This document shows, in pieces, positions 43,341 through 52,545 of a DNA stretch of 64,000 nt. The number at the start of each line of letters is the position of its first letter. Position 1 is the first letter of the stretch. The position numbers and the translations under genes were made by a program. A model generated the notes under the pieces. The model was given only the letters and a program-made list of their open reading frames with translations, made no database searches and was not told where the DNA came from. Source of the stretch: Bacteroidota bacterium (GTDB lineage: Bacteria > Bacteroidota > Bacteroidia > 2-12-FULL-35-15); contig CANJYB010000005.1 of the NCBI GenBank assembly GCA_947479085.1, positions 131,135-195,134 on the forward strand, in the 5' to 3' direction.

Positions 43341-44713
43341 AAAAAAATATTTTGAAGAACGAATTAATAAAAAAATATAATGTAGCGGGGCCCCGTTATA
43401 CAAGTTACCCTACCGTTCCATATTGGAATACGGAAGTTCCCAAAGTGGAAGATTGGAAAGAAGCGGTAAAAAAAAGTTTTACAACCACCAATGCTACCGA
43501 TGGAATTTCCATTTATATTCATTTGCCTTTTTGCGAAAGCCTTTGCACCTACTGTGGCTGCAATACAAGGATTACAAAAAATCATGCGGTAGAAAATAAA
43601 TACATTGCTGCTTTACTGAAAGAATGGAAAATGTACCTGGAAGTATTTGAGGAAACACCAAGGATTCGCGAAATACATTTGGGTGGTGGCACACCAACTT
43701 TTTTCAGCAGTGAGAATTTAGAGAAATTAATAAATGGTATTTTATCAACCGGGATAGTTTGTGATGATGCTGCGTTTAGTTTTGAAGCACATCCGAACAA
43801 CACTACTGTGGAGCATTTGCAAACGCTGTATGATTTAGGATTCAGAAGACTGAGCCTGGGAATACAGGATTTTGATATTGCAGTGCAAACAATTGTGAAC
43901 CGTGTTCAGCCGATTGAAAATGTGGAACAGGTGGTGAACGCAGCCCGCAGCATAGGATATACCTCCATTAATTTTGATTTGATATATGGATTGCCATTGC
44001 AAACCATGTATTCTGTTATTGATACCATACATAAAGTAAATGTGTTGCGGCCCGACAGGATAGCGTTTTACAGCTATGCCCATATTCCATGGGTCAAACC
44101 CGGGCAACGAAAATTTACCGAAAAAGATTTACCGGTGGATGAAGCCAAGAGAGCTTTGTACGAAAAAGGAAAGGAGCTGTTTGAAGAGATGGGGTATGTG
44201 GAAATAGGCATGGATCATTTTGCGTTAAAGTCAGATGGCTTGTATAAGGCGGCTGAGGCCGGAAAGCTGCATCGTAATTTTATGGGTTATTCCGATTCCT
44301 ACACCGAACTGATGGTCGGGCTTGGTGTTTCTTCCATAAGCGATACCTGGAACGCTTTCGGGCAGAATGTAAAAAAGGTGGAAGAGTATTATGAACTGAT
44401 TGACAAAAATGAATTGCCGATTTTCAAAGGACATTTTCTGACCAATGAAGATGAACTGATACGAAAACATATTCTCAATATCATGTGCCGGTTCCAAACC
44501 AGCTGGCAGCAGCAGTCCGAACAATGTGATGCCGTGTTTGCTGCCATCACCCGGCTGGCAGAAATGGAAAAAGATAAGCTCGTGGTTATTACTCCTTTTC
44601 ATCTCAAGGTCACCGAAGCAGGAAGGCCTTTTATAAGGAATATCTGTATGAGTTTTGATGCCCGCCTATGGAGCAATCTTCCTCAATCTCAGATTTTCAG
44701 TTCCACTGTGTAG
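43310..44713 (+). CDS. hemN: Oxygen-independent coproporphyrinogen-III oxidase (radical SAM)
   Basis: PRYTSYPT, the CxxxCxxC radical-SAM motif (CESLCTYCGC) and a HemN C-terminal domain. The ATG at 43310 overlaps queD by 31 nt. A true start near 43349-43352 (ATT/TTG) is possible. Confidence 0.85.
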   Translation: MVCRRQFCFVKKNILKNELIKKYNVAGPRYTSYPTVPYWNTEVPKVEDWKEAVKKSFTTTNATDGISIYIHLPFCESLCTYCGCNTRITKNHAVENKYIAALLKEWKMYLEVFEETPRIREIHLGGGTPTFFSSENLEKLINGILSTGIVCDDAAFSFEAHPNNTTVEHLQTLYDLGFRRLSLGIQDFDIAVQTIVNRVQPIENVEQVVNAARSIGYTSINFDLIYGLPLQTMYSVIDTIHKVNVLRPDRIAFYSYAHIPWVKPGQRKFTEKDLPVDEAKRALYEKGKELFEEMGYVEIGMDHFALKSDGLYKAAEAGKLHRNFMGYSDSYTELMVGLGVSSISDTWNAFGQNVKKVEEYYELIDKNELPIFKGHFLTNEDELIRKHILNIMCRFQTSWQQQSEQCDAVFAAITRLAEMEKDKLVVITPFHLKVTEAGRPFIRNICMSFDARLWSNLPQSQIFSSTV

Positions 44714-45130
44714 CTTTTTTTACTTCATTCCAGTCATCCTCACAGTACGTATAATAGTTAAGGCACTAGCGGTTTTCAAGGTTTAATTGCCCCACCACTA
44801 TCTCATTCGTTATTCGATAAAATTCGTTATTCGTTGAAAATTTTTTTGGGCAGACACCTCACCACTTCTCATCACCTGTCTTCCCGCCCACACGCGGTAT
44901 CTTTTTTTATCTGCCACCTCCTCCCTCCGAATCCGGTCACTGAGCGAAGCCGAAGTGTCACTTCTTCAAACCCTTACAGCCAGATAAAAAAAGGATACTT
45001 CGCGCGGGTCGGGTGCAGTGGGCTAATGTATCGCTTTGTCGCAAACTGTAATATACCTGTAAAATAAATTTCATATTTTTCCGCAGGTTTAAAAAATAAA
45101 ACCTACCAGGTTTACCATCTAACTTCACCT

Positions 45131-45166
45131 CTCCCCTCCGAACTCGCTCCTTCGCGAGTTTGGTGG
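45131..45166. repeat. 36-bp hairpin element (left copy), cccctccgaactcgctccttcgcgagtttggtgg
   Basis: Its inverted copy lies at 46203-46237, about 1.07 kb away. Confidence 0.6.
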
Positions 45167-45435
45167 TTTTAGCAGTTACCTGTGTTCCACTCCTGACCTT
45201 TCACCTCTGTCAGTATGCAGAACAAATGTCTTTGCAGGTGTTTTTCACCTGCAAACAAACGAAATTTACTTTTCAGCCTTTGTTGGCGAAAACTACCAAC
45301 AAAGGTTAAAACAGATTGACTTTATACTTATACGTTGGCGGTAAAATGGTCCTATATTTTCAACCAAAAAAGTGGTGAACAATAGCTTCCCCAAAAACAA
45401 TATATTTTGCAAAATGCTGATTATGTGTAACATGC

Positions 45436-45712
45436 AGTTAGGGAGCAAGCCCAAACAAGTGTCGGGAGGTTATGTCCAACAGGGAAGTAAGCCCGGACAA
45501 GTGTAGGGATTGGCTTCCTAACTGAGGATAAAGCCCGGACAAGTGTCGGGACTAACTTCCTAACTGGGGATAAAGCTCCGAAAAGTGTCTGGGCTAACTT
45601 CCTAACTGGGGATAAAGCCCCGGCAAGTGTCTGGACTAACTTCCTAACTGGGGATAAAGCTCGGACAAGTGTCGGGACTAACTTCCTTGTTGGAGATAAG
45701 GCCAAAACAAAA
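45436..45712. repeat. Six or seven tandem 42-bp units, each with an imperfect hairpin (cccggacaagtgtcggg)
   Basis: The units are contiguous and GC-rich, with no spacers, so this is not a CRISPR array. Core: cctaactggggataaagcccggacaagtgtcgggactaacttc. Confidence 0.8.
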
Positions 45713-46202
45713 AAAGTAGGTTTTCAATAAAAAACAACTAGGTGTAGGAGCTCGGATTACCGAGGAATAATTATTGATTACTGATGAAAAAAATTCCTGT
45801 TCTTGCAAAAGGGTAGGCTTTTTTCGGCATTTATCGTTCGGAGAGACTTTATGTTATATCAGATAAAATTTGGTACTAACATATTGAACCAATTAAACGA
45901 TACCATATTACGAAACCTCCAAGCTTACGAAGTAGAAAGTTGGGATATGGGAGGAAGGTTTATTTGAAACTGGAAATTGGCAAGCCGCACCCGATTGTAG
46001 CGGAAAGCCCGAAGTGTGGTGGGGTAGGAAATAAAAAGACACACCCCCTACCCCCTCTTGCTAACGCCAATGCCAACGCACAGAGGGGAATGAGCACGTG
46101 GGCGGACGGACTTGAAGCGGAAAGCGGGAAGACAGTGAACGATGAAATGAGGCGGTGTCTGCCCAAATTGAATTTGTTATTATTTTTTTATAGTGTTAGG
46201 AA

Positions 46203-46237
46203 ACCTCCAAACTCGCAAAGGAGCGAGTTCGGAGGGG
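46203..46237. repeat. 36-bp hairpin element (right copy, inverted relative to 45131)
   Basis: cctccaaactcgcaaaggagcgagttcggagggg is the reverse complement of the left copy with 2-3 mismatches. Confidence 0.6.
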
Positions 46238-46272
46238 TGGATATTTGTTATTTGCTTATCTTTGCATGCACA

Positions 46273-48927
46273 ATGGATACAGAACCTGTTAGTACCCCTC
46301 CTTTAATTCCTCCTAAAAAGTCACCTCTTGTGTTTCGCATTTTGCTGCGGGTGATGATTGTGTTTTTTATTTTGGTGTTCCTGATGATTGGTGCGGGTTT
46401 TATTATTGGTATTTATTACCAGAATGAGGTGAAGGACTATGTGATAAAGGAAATGAATAAGCAGCTGAATACGGAGATAATAGTGGATGGTAAGGATATT
46501 GATTTTACGGTGATTAAAAACTTTCCGAATGCCTCGATTGATTTTAAAAATGTGAAGGTGCTGGAAGCGGTGAAACGGAAGAACAAGGATACGCTGTTTG
46601 TGGCCGGTGAGATTAGTTTGCAGTTTAATATTGTAGATGTTTTTAAAAAGAATTATCACATTAAAAAGATAGAAGTGGATGATGCGGACTTGAAAATACG
46701 GATTGATAAAAACGGGAATGACAATTATCATTTCTGGAAACCTTCGGCAGATACTGCGAACACTGCTTTTTCGTTTGCGCTGGAAGATATTGTGCTGAAG
46801 AATGTAAACTTTACTTTTAAAAATGCAAAGGCAAAACAGAGCATGGATGTGCTGATAAGGAAGAGTAACTTGTCGGGTGATTTTTCGGAGAAGAGTTATT
46901 CGCTGGAAACGGTGAGTGACCTGTTTGTGAACTATTACAGGGCAGATAGTGTGACCTACCTGAAAGAGAAAAATATTAATGCGGAAGTGGACCTGGCGGT
47001 GGATAACGAAATGCCGAGTTATAAAATAAAGAAGGGGAAAATAAAGCTGGAGAATTTACTGTTTGAGGTGGCGGGAAATGTGATAGCGGCTAATGATGAA
47101 CCGGTGCTGAACCTGGCAGTGAAGGGTAAGGATATGGATATTAAATCGGTGCTGTCGCTGATTCCGGAACGGTATAAAGGGAAAATAAATGATTATGAAA
47201 GTAATGGTGAGTTTTATTTTGATGCAACGATAAGGGGAAGCTTTGCAAACAAACAAAGTCCGCAGGTGGTTGCAGATTTTGGGATTAAGAATGCTGACAT
47301 TACGCAGGTGAAAGATAATATAGTGTTGCACCAGGTGAATCTGAAAGGACATTATGATAATGGTAATAAAACGAATCAAGAGCCTTCGAAGTTGTCGCTG
47401 GTGCCTTTTTCGGCAAGTATTAATGAGGGCTCGATAGCGGGAGAGTTGTTGCTGAATAACCTGGAGAATCCTTCGTTTAACGGAAAGATAAAAGGAGATA
47501 TCAGTTTGAACGAATTGCAGAAGTTTATAAAAATAGATACGATAGAAACGGTGACAGGTCAACTGAAAATAGATGCACATTTTACAGGTGAGGGAAAAAA
47601 TATTTCGACCGGAAATTATGATGAGGTGAGCACTTACGGGGACCTTATGATAACGGATATGAATTTGAAACTGAAAAATAATTCGTTGCCGTTTACCAAA
47701 ATTAATGGAGATTTTAAGTTTGATAATAATGATTTGGTGATTAATAATTTTACCGGAAATGCCGGCAGCAGTGATTTTGATTTGAAAGGTGTGTTTAAAA
47801 ATATGATTGGGTATTTGCTGAAAGAAAACCAGGATGTGACCATAGATGCTACTTTTATTTCGAAGAATACGGACCTGAATGAGTTGCTTGCCAATAAGGA
47901 TAAAACTCCGGAATCGAACAGTAAATATAAGTTGAGCTTTTCGGAACATATAAATGTGAACCTGAACAGCGAGATTCAACATTTGATATTCCGGAAATTT
48001 GATGCGACCAATATACAGGGAACCATAAAACTGAAAGACAAGAAACTTATTTGCGACCCGATTGTGCTTTCTACTATGGGTGGAAATATTACCACGAGCG
48101 GGCTGATAGATGGAAGTGACAGTACAAAATTATTGGTGACCTGTTTTTCGGACTTGGATAATATAAATATTTCCAAACTGTTTTATGAGTTTGAAAACTT
48201 TGGTGAAACAACTATTACGGATAAAAATATAAAAGGAATAGCAAGTGCTAAGGTTCAGTTTGCTGCTGAGCTGTCGCCTGAATTGAAAATAAATGTGGAT
48301 AAACTGTATGCAGGAGTGCATATGACGATAGAGAATGGTGAGCTGAATAATGTGGAAGCAATGAAGAGTATGTCGAGATTTATTGAATTGAAAGACCTTG
48401 AAAATATTCGTTTTGCAACGCTGAAAAACCAGGTGGAAATAAAGAACCAGGTGGTGACGATTCCAAAAATGGAAGTGAAGTCGAACGCGATAAATATTGT
48501 TGCTTCGGGAACGCATAGCTTTAATAATGATATTAATTATAAAGTAAAATTGTCGCTGAATGAGTTGCTGGCCAAGAAAGCCAGGAAGGCAAAGAAGGAG
48601 AACGATGAGTTTGGAGAAGTGGAGGATGATGGATTAGGTAGGACCAACATTTTTCTGCTGATGACCGGAACGCTGGAGCATCCTGTTATTAAATATGACT
48701 CGAAAAGTGCGATACAAAATGTGAAGCAGGATTTGAAAGTGGAGAAGCAAACATTGAAAGCGATTTTGAAAGATGAGTTTGGTATGTTTAAGAAAGATTC
48801 GACACTTTCGAAAAAGAAACCGAAAACGGAAGAAACTAAATTCAAGATTAACTGGGAGGAAGCCGATAAAAAGGAAGAAAAGAAAGAACTGAAATTGCCA
48901 AAAAAAGAAGAAGGGGAGGATTATTAA
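46273..48927 (+). CDS. AsmA-family outer-membrane biogenesis-like protein with an N-terminal TM anchor
   Basis: About 885 aa from MDTEPVST. An N-terminal TM helix is followed by a long beta-rich periplasmic region and a Lys/Glu-rich C-terminus. The track ORF start at 45940 runs through the GC-rich repeat region and is probably non-coding. Confidence 0.55.
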   Translation: MDTEPVSTPPLIPPKKSPLVFRILLRVMIVFFILVFLMIGAGFIIGIYYQNEVKDYVIKEMNKQLNTEIIVDGKDIDFTVIKNFPNASIDFKNVKVLEAVKRKNKDTLFVAGEISLQFNIVDVFKKNYHIKKIEVDDADLKIRIDKNGNDNYHFWKPSADTANTAFSFALEDIVLKNVNFTFKNAKAKQSMDVLIRKSNLSGDFSEKSYSLETVSDLFVNYYRADSVTYLKEKNINAEVDLAVDNEMPSYKIKKGKIKLENLLFEVAGNVIAANDEPVLNLAVKGKDMDIKSVLSLIPERYKGKINDYESNGEFYFDATIRGSFANKQSPQVVADFGIKNADITQVKDNIVLHQVNLKGHYDNGNKTNQEPSKLSLVPFSASINEGSIAGELLLNNLENPSFNGKIKGDISLNELQKFIKIDTIETVTGQLKIDAHFTGEGKNISTGNYDEVSTYGDLMITDMNLKLKNNSLPFTKINGDFKFDNNDLVINNFTGNAGSSDFDLKGVFKNMIGYLLKENQDVTIDATFISKNTDLNELLANKDKTPESNSKYKLSFSEHINVNLNSEIQHLIFRKFDATNIQGTIKLKDKKLICDPIVLSTMGGNITTSGLIDGSDSTKLLVTCFSDLDNINISKLFYEFENFGETTITDKNIKGIASAKVQFAAELSPELKINVDKLYAGVHMTIENGELNNVEAMKSMSRFIELKDLENIRFATLKNQVEIKNQVVTIPKMEVKSNAINIVASGTHSFNNDINYKVKLSLNELLAKKARKAKKENDEFGEVEDDGLGRTNIFLLMTGTLEHPVIKYDSKSAIQNVKQDLKVEKQTLKAILKDEFGMFKKDSTLSKKKPKTEETKFKINWEEADKKEEKKELKLPKKEEGEDY

Positions 48928-49092
48928 CCTCTCCCCTTAATCGCCTCTCCAAAGGAGAGGGGGTAGAACTTATAAGGAAGAAATTTAATCACATACTTTG
49001 CAACTCCCTGTTTGATTTAGGGACATTGCATATTTTCAAAGGAGTTTCTATTACAACAAAAAGTATTACATTCGTATTCTTAAATTAGAAAA

Positions 49093-50595
49093 GTGAACAT
49101 TTATTCGACAAAGCAGAAGTGGAAAATAGGGTTGTTTGTTACAGCCGTAATTATAGTGGGTGTATCGTTATGGTACACCAATACGCTTGTGAGCAAAATA
49201 GCGCAGGAAGAGCGCAGGAAGGTGAAACTTTGGGCAGATGCAATTCAAAAGAAAGCCAACCTTGTAAAATATACCAACCAATTATTCGATAAAATAAAAG
49301 AGGACGAGCGCAAGAAAGTGGAATTGTGGGCGGAAGCAACAAGACAATTATCCCAGGACCTAAGCGATTATGGATTTGTGCTGAAGGTGGTTTCGGATAA
49401 TACCACTGTGCCGGTAATACTTGCAGATGAAAAAGGAAATCCCATCACCTCGAGGAATTTGGAAAAGGATAAAGAGAATGATAAGGTGTATCTGAAAGCG
49501 CAGATGGACGCCATGCAGAAAGTTCAAGAACCCATTGAAATTAATATTTACAAGGGGCAAAAGAATTTTCTTTATTACAAGGATTCAAAATTGTTTTCGG
49601 AATTAAAGAATACAATGGATGATTTAATAAAATCATTTATTTCCGAGGTGGCTGTTAATTCAGCTTCTGTGCCTGTTATTTATACCGACTCATCAAAAAT
49701 GAATGTGTTGGCTTATGGTAATGTGGATACAGCAAAAATAAAAGATGCGGCTTATTTAAAATCAACGCTTGCTGAAATGGCTTCGCAGAATCAACCCATA
49801 GAGGTGGAGTTTGGTGATGGGGGAAAGAGTTATATTTTTTACCAGGAGTCGATGTTGCTTACTCAATTAAAGTATTATCCGTATGTGATGTTCGGAATAA
49901 TAGGTTTGTTTTTATTGGTGGCCTATCTTTTATTCAGTACTGCAAGAAGAGTGGAGCAGAACCAGGTGTGGGTAGGTTTGGCGAAAGAAACGGCCCACCA
50001 GTTAGGAACCCCATTGTCCTCACTAATGGCATGGGTTGAATATTTAAAAGACAAAGGCCTGGATATGGATACGGCCACAGAAATAGATAAAGATGTAAGG
50101 CGACTGGAAACCATAACGGAACGTTTCTCAAAAATAGGTTCTGTACCCAAATTAAATTATGTGGATTTGGTGAAGGTGCTGGATGATTCTGTTATTTATA
50201 TGAAATCAAGAACTTCCAAGAATGTAACTTTTACTATCCATTCGGGAAATCAAACGGAAGTGATGGCACAACTGAATGTTCCTTTGTTTGAATGGGTGAT
50301 TGAAAATTTAATCCGAAATGCAGTGGATGCAATGAACGGACATGGTGCTATTACTATTACTCTCTCTGACCAGACACAGTTTGTATATATTGATGTAACA
50401 GATAATGGTAAAGGAATTCCGAAGTCAAAATACAAAACAGTGTTTGAGCCGGGGTATACCACTAAACAAAGAGGTTGGGGATTAGGTTTATCTCTTACCA
50501 AACGAATTATTGAAAACTACCACTCGGGAAAAATATTTGTAAAGAGCTCTGAAATTGATAAAGGCACTACGTTCAGGATTGTGTTGAACAAATAA
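49093..50595 (+). CDS. Sensor histidine kinase with a periplasmic sensor domain between two TM helices
   Basis: HisKA H-box (ETAHQLGTPLSSL) and HATPase_c N, G1 and G2 boxes (NLIRNAVDA, DNGKGIP, GWGLGL). GTG start. Confidence 0.85.
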   Translation: MNIYSTKQKWKIGLFVTAVIIVGVSLWYTNTLVSKIAQEERRKVKLWADAIQKKANLVKYTNQLFDKIKEDERKKVELWAEATRQLSQDLSDYGFVLKVVSDNTTVPVILADEKGNPITSRNLEKDKENDKVYLKAQMDAMQKVQEPIEINIYKGQKNFLYYKDSKLFSELKNTMDDLIKSFISEVAVNSASVPVIYTDSSKMNVLAYGNVDTAKIKDAAYLKSTLAEMASQNQPIEVEFGDGGKSYIFYQESMLLTQLKYYPYVMFGIIGLFLLVAYLLFSTARRVEQNQVWVGLAKETAHQLGTPLSSLMAWVEYLKDKGLDMDTATEIDKDVRRLETITERFSKIGSVPKLNYVDLVKVLDDSVIYMKSRTSKNVTFTIHSGNQTEVMAQLNVPLFEWVIENLIRNAVDAMNGHGAITITLSDQTQFVYIDVTDNGKGIPKSKYKTVFEPGYTTKQRGWGLGLSLTKRIIENYHSGKIFVKSSEIDKGTTFRIVLNK

Positions 50596-50597
50596 TA

Positions 50598-51728
50598 ATG
50601 TCCGGTATTTACATTCATATTCCTTTTTGCAAACAAGCCTGCAATTATTGCGATTTTCATTTTTCCACTTCTTTAAATAATAAGGATGCTTTTCTGAATG
50701 CCCTGAAAAAGGAAATAGAAATGCAAAAGGGGTATTTGAACGGGAATAAAATTTCAACTATTTATTTTGGAGGAGGTACACCATCCTTGTTATCTGAAAA
50801 GGAGCTCATGGACCTTTTTGAAATTCTTGACAGGAATTTTGTGATTGCACCAGATGCTGAAATAACATTAGAAGCTAATCCGGATGATTTATCGAAAGAG
50901 AAAATAAAGCAATTGAAAGCAACCCCTATTAACAGATTGAGCATTGGGATTCAAAGTTTTTATGATGAAGATTTAAAACTAATGAACCGGGCTCATAATT
51001 CAAAAGAAGCGGAAAGTGCAGTAAAAACATCTCAGGATAGTGGGTTTGGAAACATTACTATTGATTTGATTTATGGAATTCCAACATTGACTCATGCTAA
51101 CTGGAAGAGTAATTTAGCAAGTGCTTTTAACATGGATGTGAAACATATCTCAGCATATTGTTTGACGGTGGAGCCTAAAACGGTATTGGCTCACCAGGTA
51201 AAGACGGGTAAAATAAAAAATGTGGATGAGCAACAGAGTGCAGAACAATTTGAAATAATGCAGGAAGCCATGCAAAAGAATAGTTTTATTCAATACGAAA
51301 TTTCCAATTTCTGCAAAGAAGGATATTATTCTAAACACAATAGTAATTATTGGTTGAAAGAAACATATCTTGGCTTGGGGCCTTCTGCACATTCGTATAA
51401 CGGAAACAGCAGGCAATGGAATATTTCGAATAATCCGTTATACATTCAAGCGATTGAAAAAGGAGTGTTGAATTTTGAGAAAGAAGAACTGACTCTTCAC
51501 CAACGATATAATGAATACATTCTTACATCCCTAAGAACCATGTGGGGAGCAGATTTGAATTATATTGAAACTGCATTCGGTAGAGATTATGTAACACATG
51601 GTTTAAAGGAAGTGGAAAAATATTTGGAGACCGGAAAGGTGTTACATCAGGAAAATAAATTAATTTTATCAGATAACGGAAAGTTGTTTGCGGATAAAAT
51701 AGCAAGCGATATTTTTATAACAGAATAA
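50598..51728 (+). CDS. hemW: Radical SAM heme chaperone HemW (HemN-like)
   Basis: CNYCDF radical-SAM motif and the HemW size and C-terminal domain. Lies 2 nt after the kinase stop. Confidence 0.85.
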   Translation: MSGIYIHIPFCKQACNYCDFHFSTSLNNKDAFLNALKKEIEMQKGYLNGNKISTIYFGGGTPSLLSEKELMDLFEILDRNFVIAPDAEITLEANPDDLSKEKIKQLKATPINRLSIGIQSFYDEDLKLMNRAHNSKEAESAVKTSQDSGFGNITIDLIYGIPTLTHANWKSNLASAFNMDVKHISAYCLTVEPKTVLAHQVKTGKIKNVDEQQSAEQFEIMQEAMQKNSFIQYEISNFCKEGYYSKHNSNYWLKETYLGLGPSAHSYNGNSRQWNISNNPLYIQAIEKGVLNFEKEELTLHQRYNEYILTSLRTMWGADLNYIETAFGRDYVTHGLKEVEKYLETGKVLHQENKLILSDNGKLFADKIASDIFITE

Positions 51729-51729
51729 C

Positions 51730-52488
51730 ATGGTTGCAAAAATTACACATAAAGGAAAATCATATAACCTGGACTTATCAAAGCCAATTGATATTTCAAT
51801 TCCATTGCGGACAGGTAAGGAAAATGTAAATGCCTGGTATGTTAACCCGATGTCGATAGAACCTGTGAGAATGGGTGACTGGATAGGGGATGTAAAGCAA
51901 GGAGGGTCAGTAAATTTCAGAAACATTATGTTTAATCCGCATGGAAACGGGACGCATACGGAATGTGTGGGGCATATCAGTAAGGAAGATTTTACCATTA
52001 ATCAATCATTAAAAAAGTTTTTCTTTCTGGCAGAAGTGATTACAGTTTTACCGGATGAAACAGCAGATGGAGATAAAATAATTACAAAGCAACATATTGA
52101 AAATTGCCTGGGTGATAAACGCCCTGAAGCAATTGTTATCCGCACACTGGATAACCATATTTCAAAAATAAACCGGCAATACTCTAATACTAACCCGCCT
52201 TATCTTCATCAAGAAGCTGCGGAATTAATTGATGCGCTTGGCATAGACCATTTGCTCATTGATTTACCTTCAGTAGATAAAGAAGTGGATGGAGGGAAAT
52301 TACTGGCTCATCATGCTTTCTGGCAATATCCGCACAATACCAAACAGGAACGAACCATAACAGAGATGATATATGTTCCTAATTCTATTTTTGACGGAAC
52401 TTATTTGTTGAATATCCAGATTGCAAGTTTTGAAAACGATGCTTCTCCAAGCAAGCCGGTTTTGTTCCAGTTAAACATTGCCTTATAA
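51730..52488 (+). CDS. Putative cyclase / kynurenine-formamidase-like hydrolase
   Basis: HGNGTHTECVGH metal-binding motif of the cyclase family. Confidence 0.75.
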   Translation: MVAKITHKGKSYNLDLSKPIDISIPLRTGKENVNAWYVNPMSIEPVRMGDWIGDVKQGGSVNFRNIMFNPHGNGTHTECVGHISKEDFTINQSLKKFFFLAEVITVLPDETADGDKIITKQHIENCLGDKRPEAIVIRTLDNHISKINRQYSNTNPPYLHQEAAELIDALGIDHLLIDLPSVDKEVDGGKLLAHHAFWQYPHNTKQERTITEMIYVPNSIFDGTYLLNIQIASFENDASPSKPVLFQLNIAL

Positions 52489-52492
52489 ACAA

Positions 52493-52522
52493 AGCAGCCC
52501 GATGAAAAATCATCAGGCTGCC
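52493..52522 (-). terminator. Hairpin terminator for the minus-strand gene at 52546
   Basis: gcagcccgatga / tcatcaggctgc stem. On the minus strand it is followed by a T-run. Confidence 0.45.
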
Positions 52523-52545
52523 CTCACTACCAACTAAACAAAAAA

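Noticed and set aside
45436-45712. Possible CRISPR array
   Set aside because: The repeat units are contiguous with no interspersed unique spacers, and no cas genes are nearby. This is a tandem satellite.
45940-46272. 5' extension of the asmA-like ORF as given in the track (start at 45940)
   Set aside because: The extension runs through GC-rich palindromic repeats, has odd composition (PLANANANAQRG) and no TM/signal logic. A clean Met-TM start exists at 46273.
47056-48516. Several - strand ORFs (308, 128 and 86 aa) inside the asmA-like gene, plus 46321-46731
   Set aside because: They are antisense to a well-supported long ORF, with AT-rich codon-poor translations (poly I/F/K/N).
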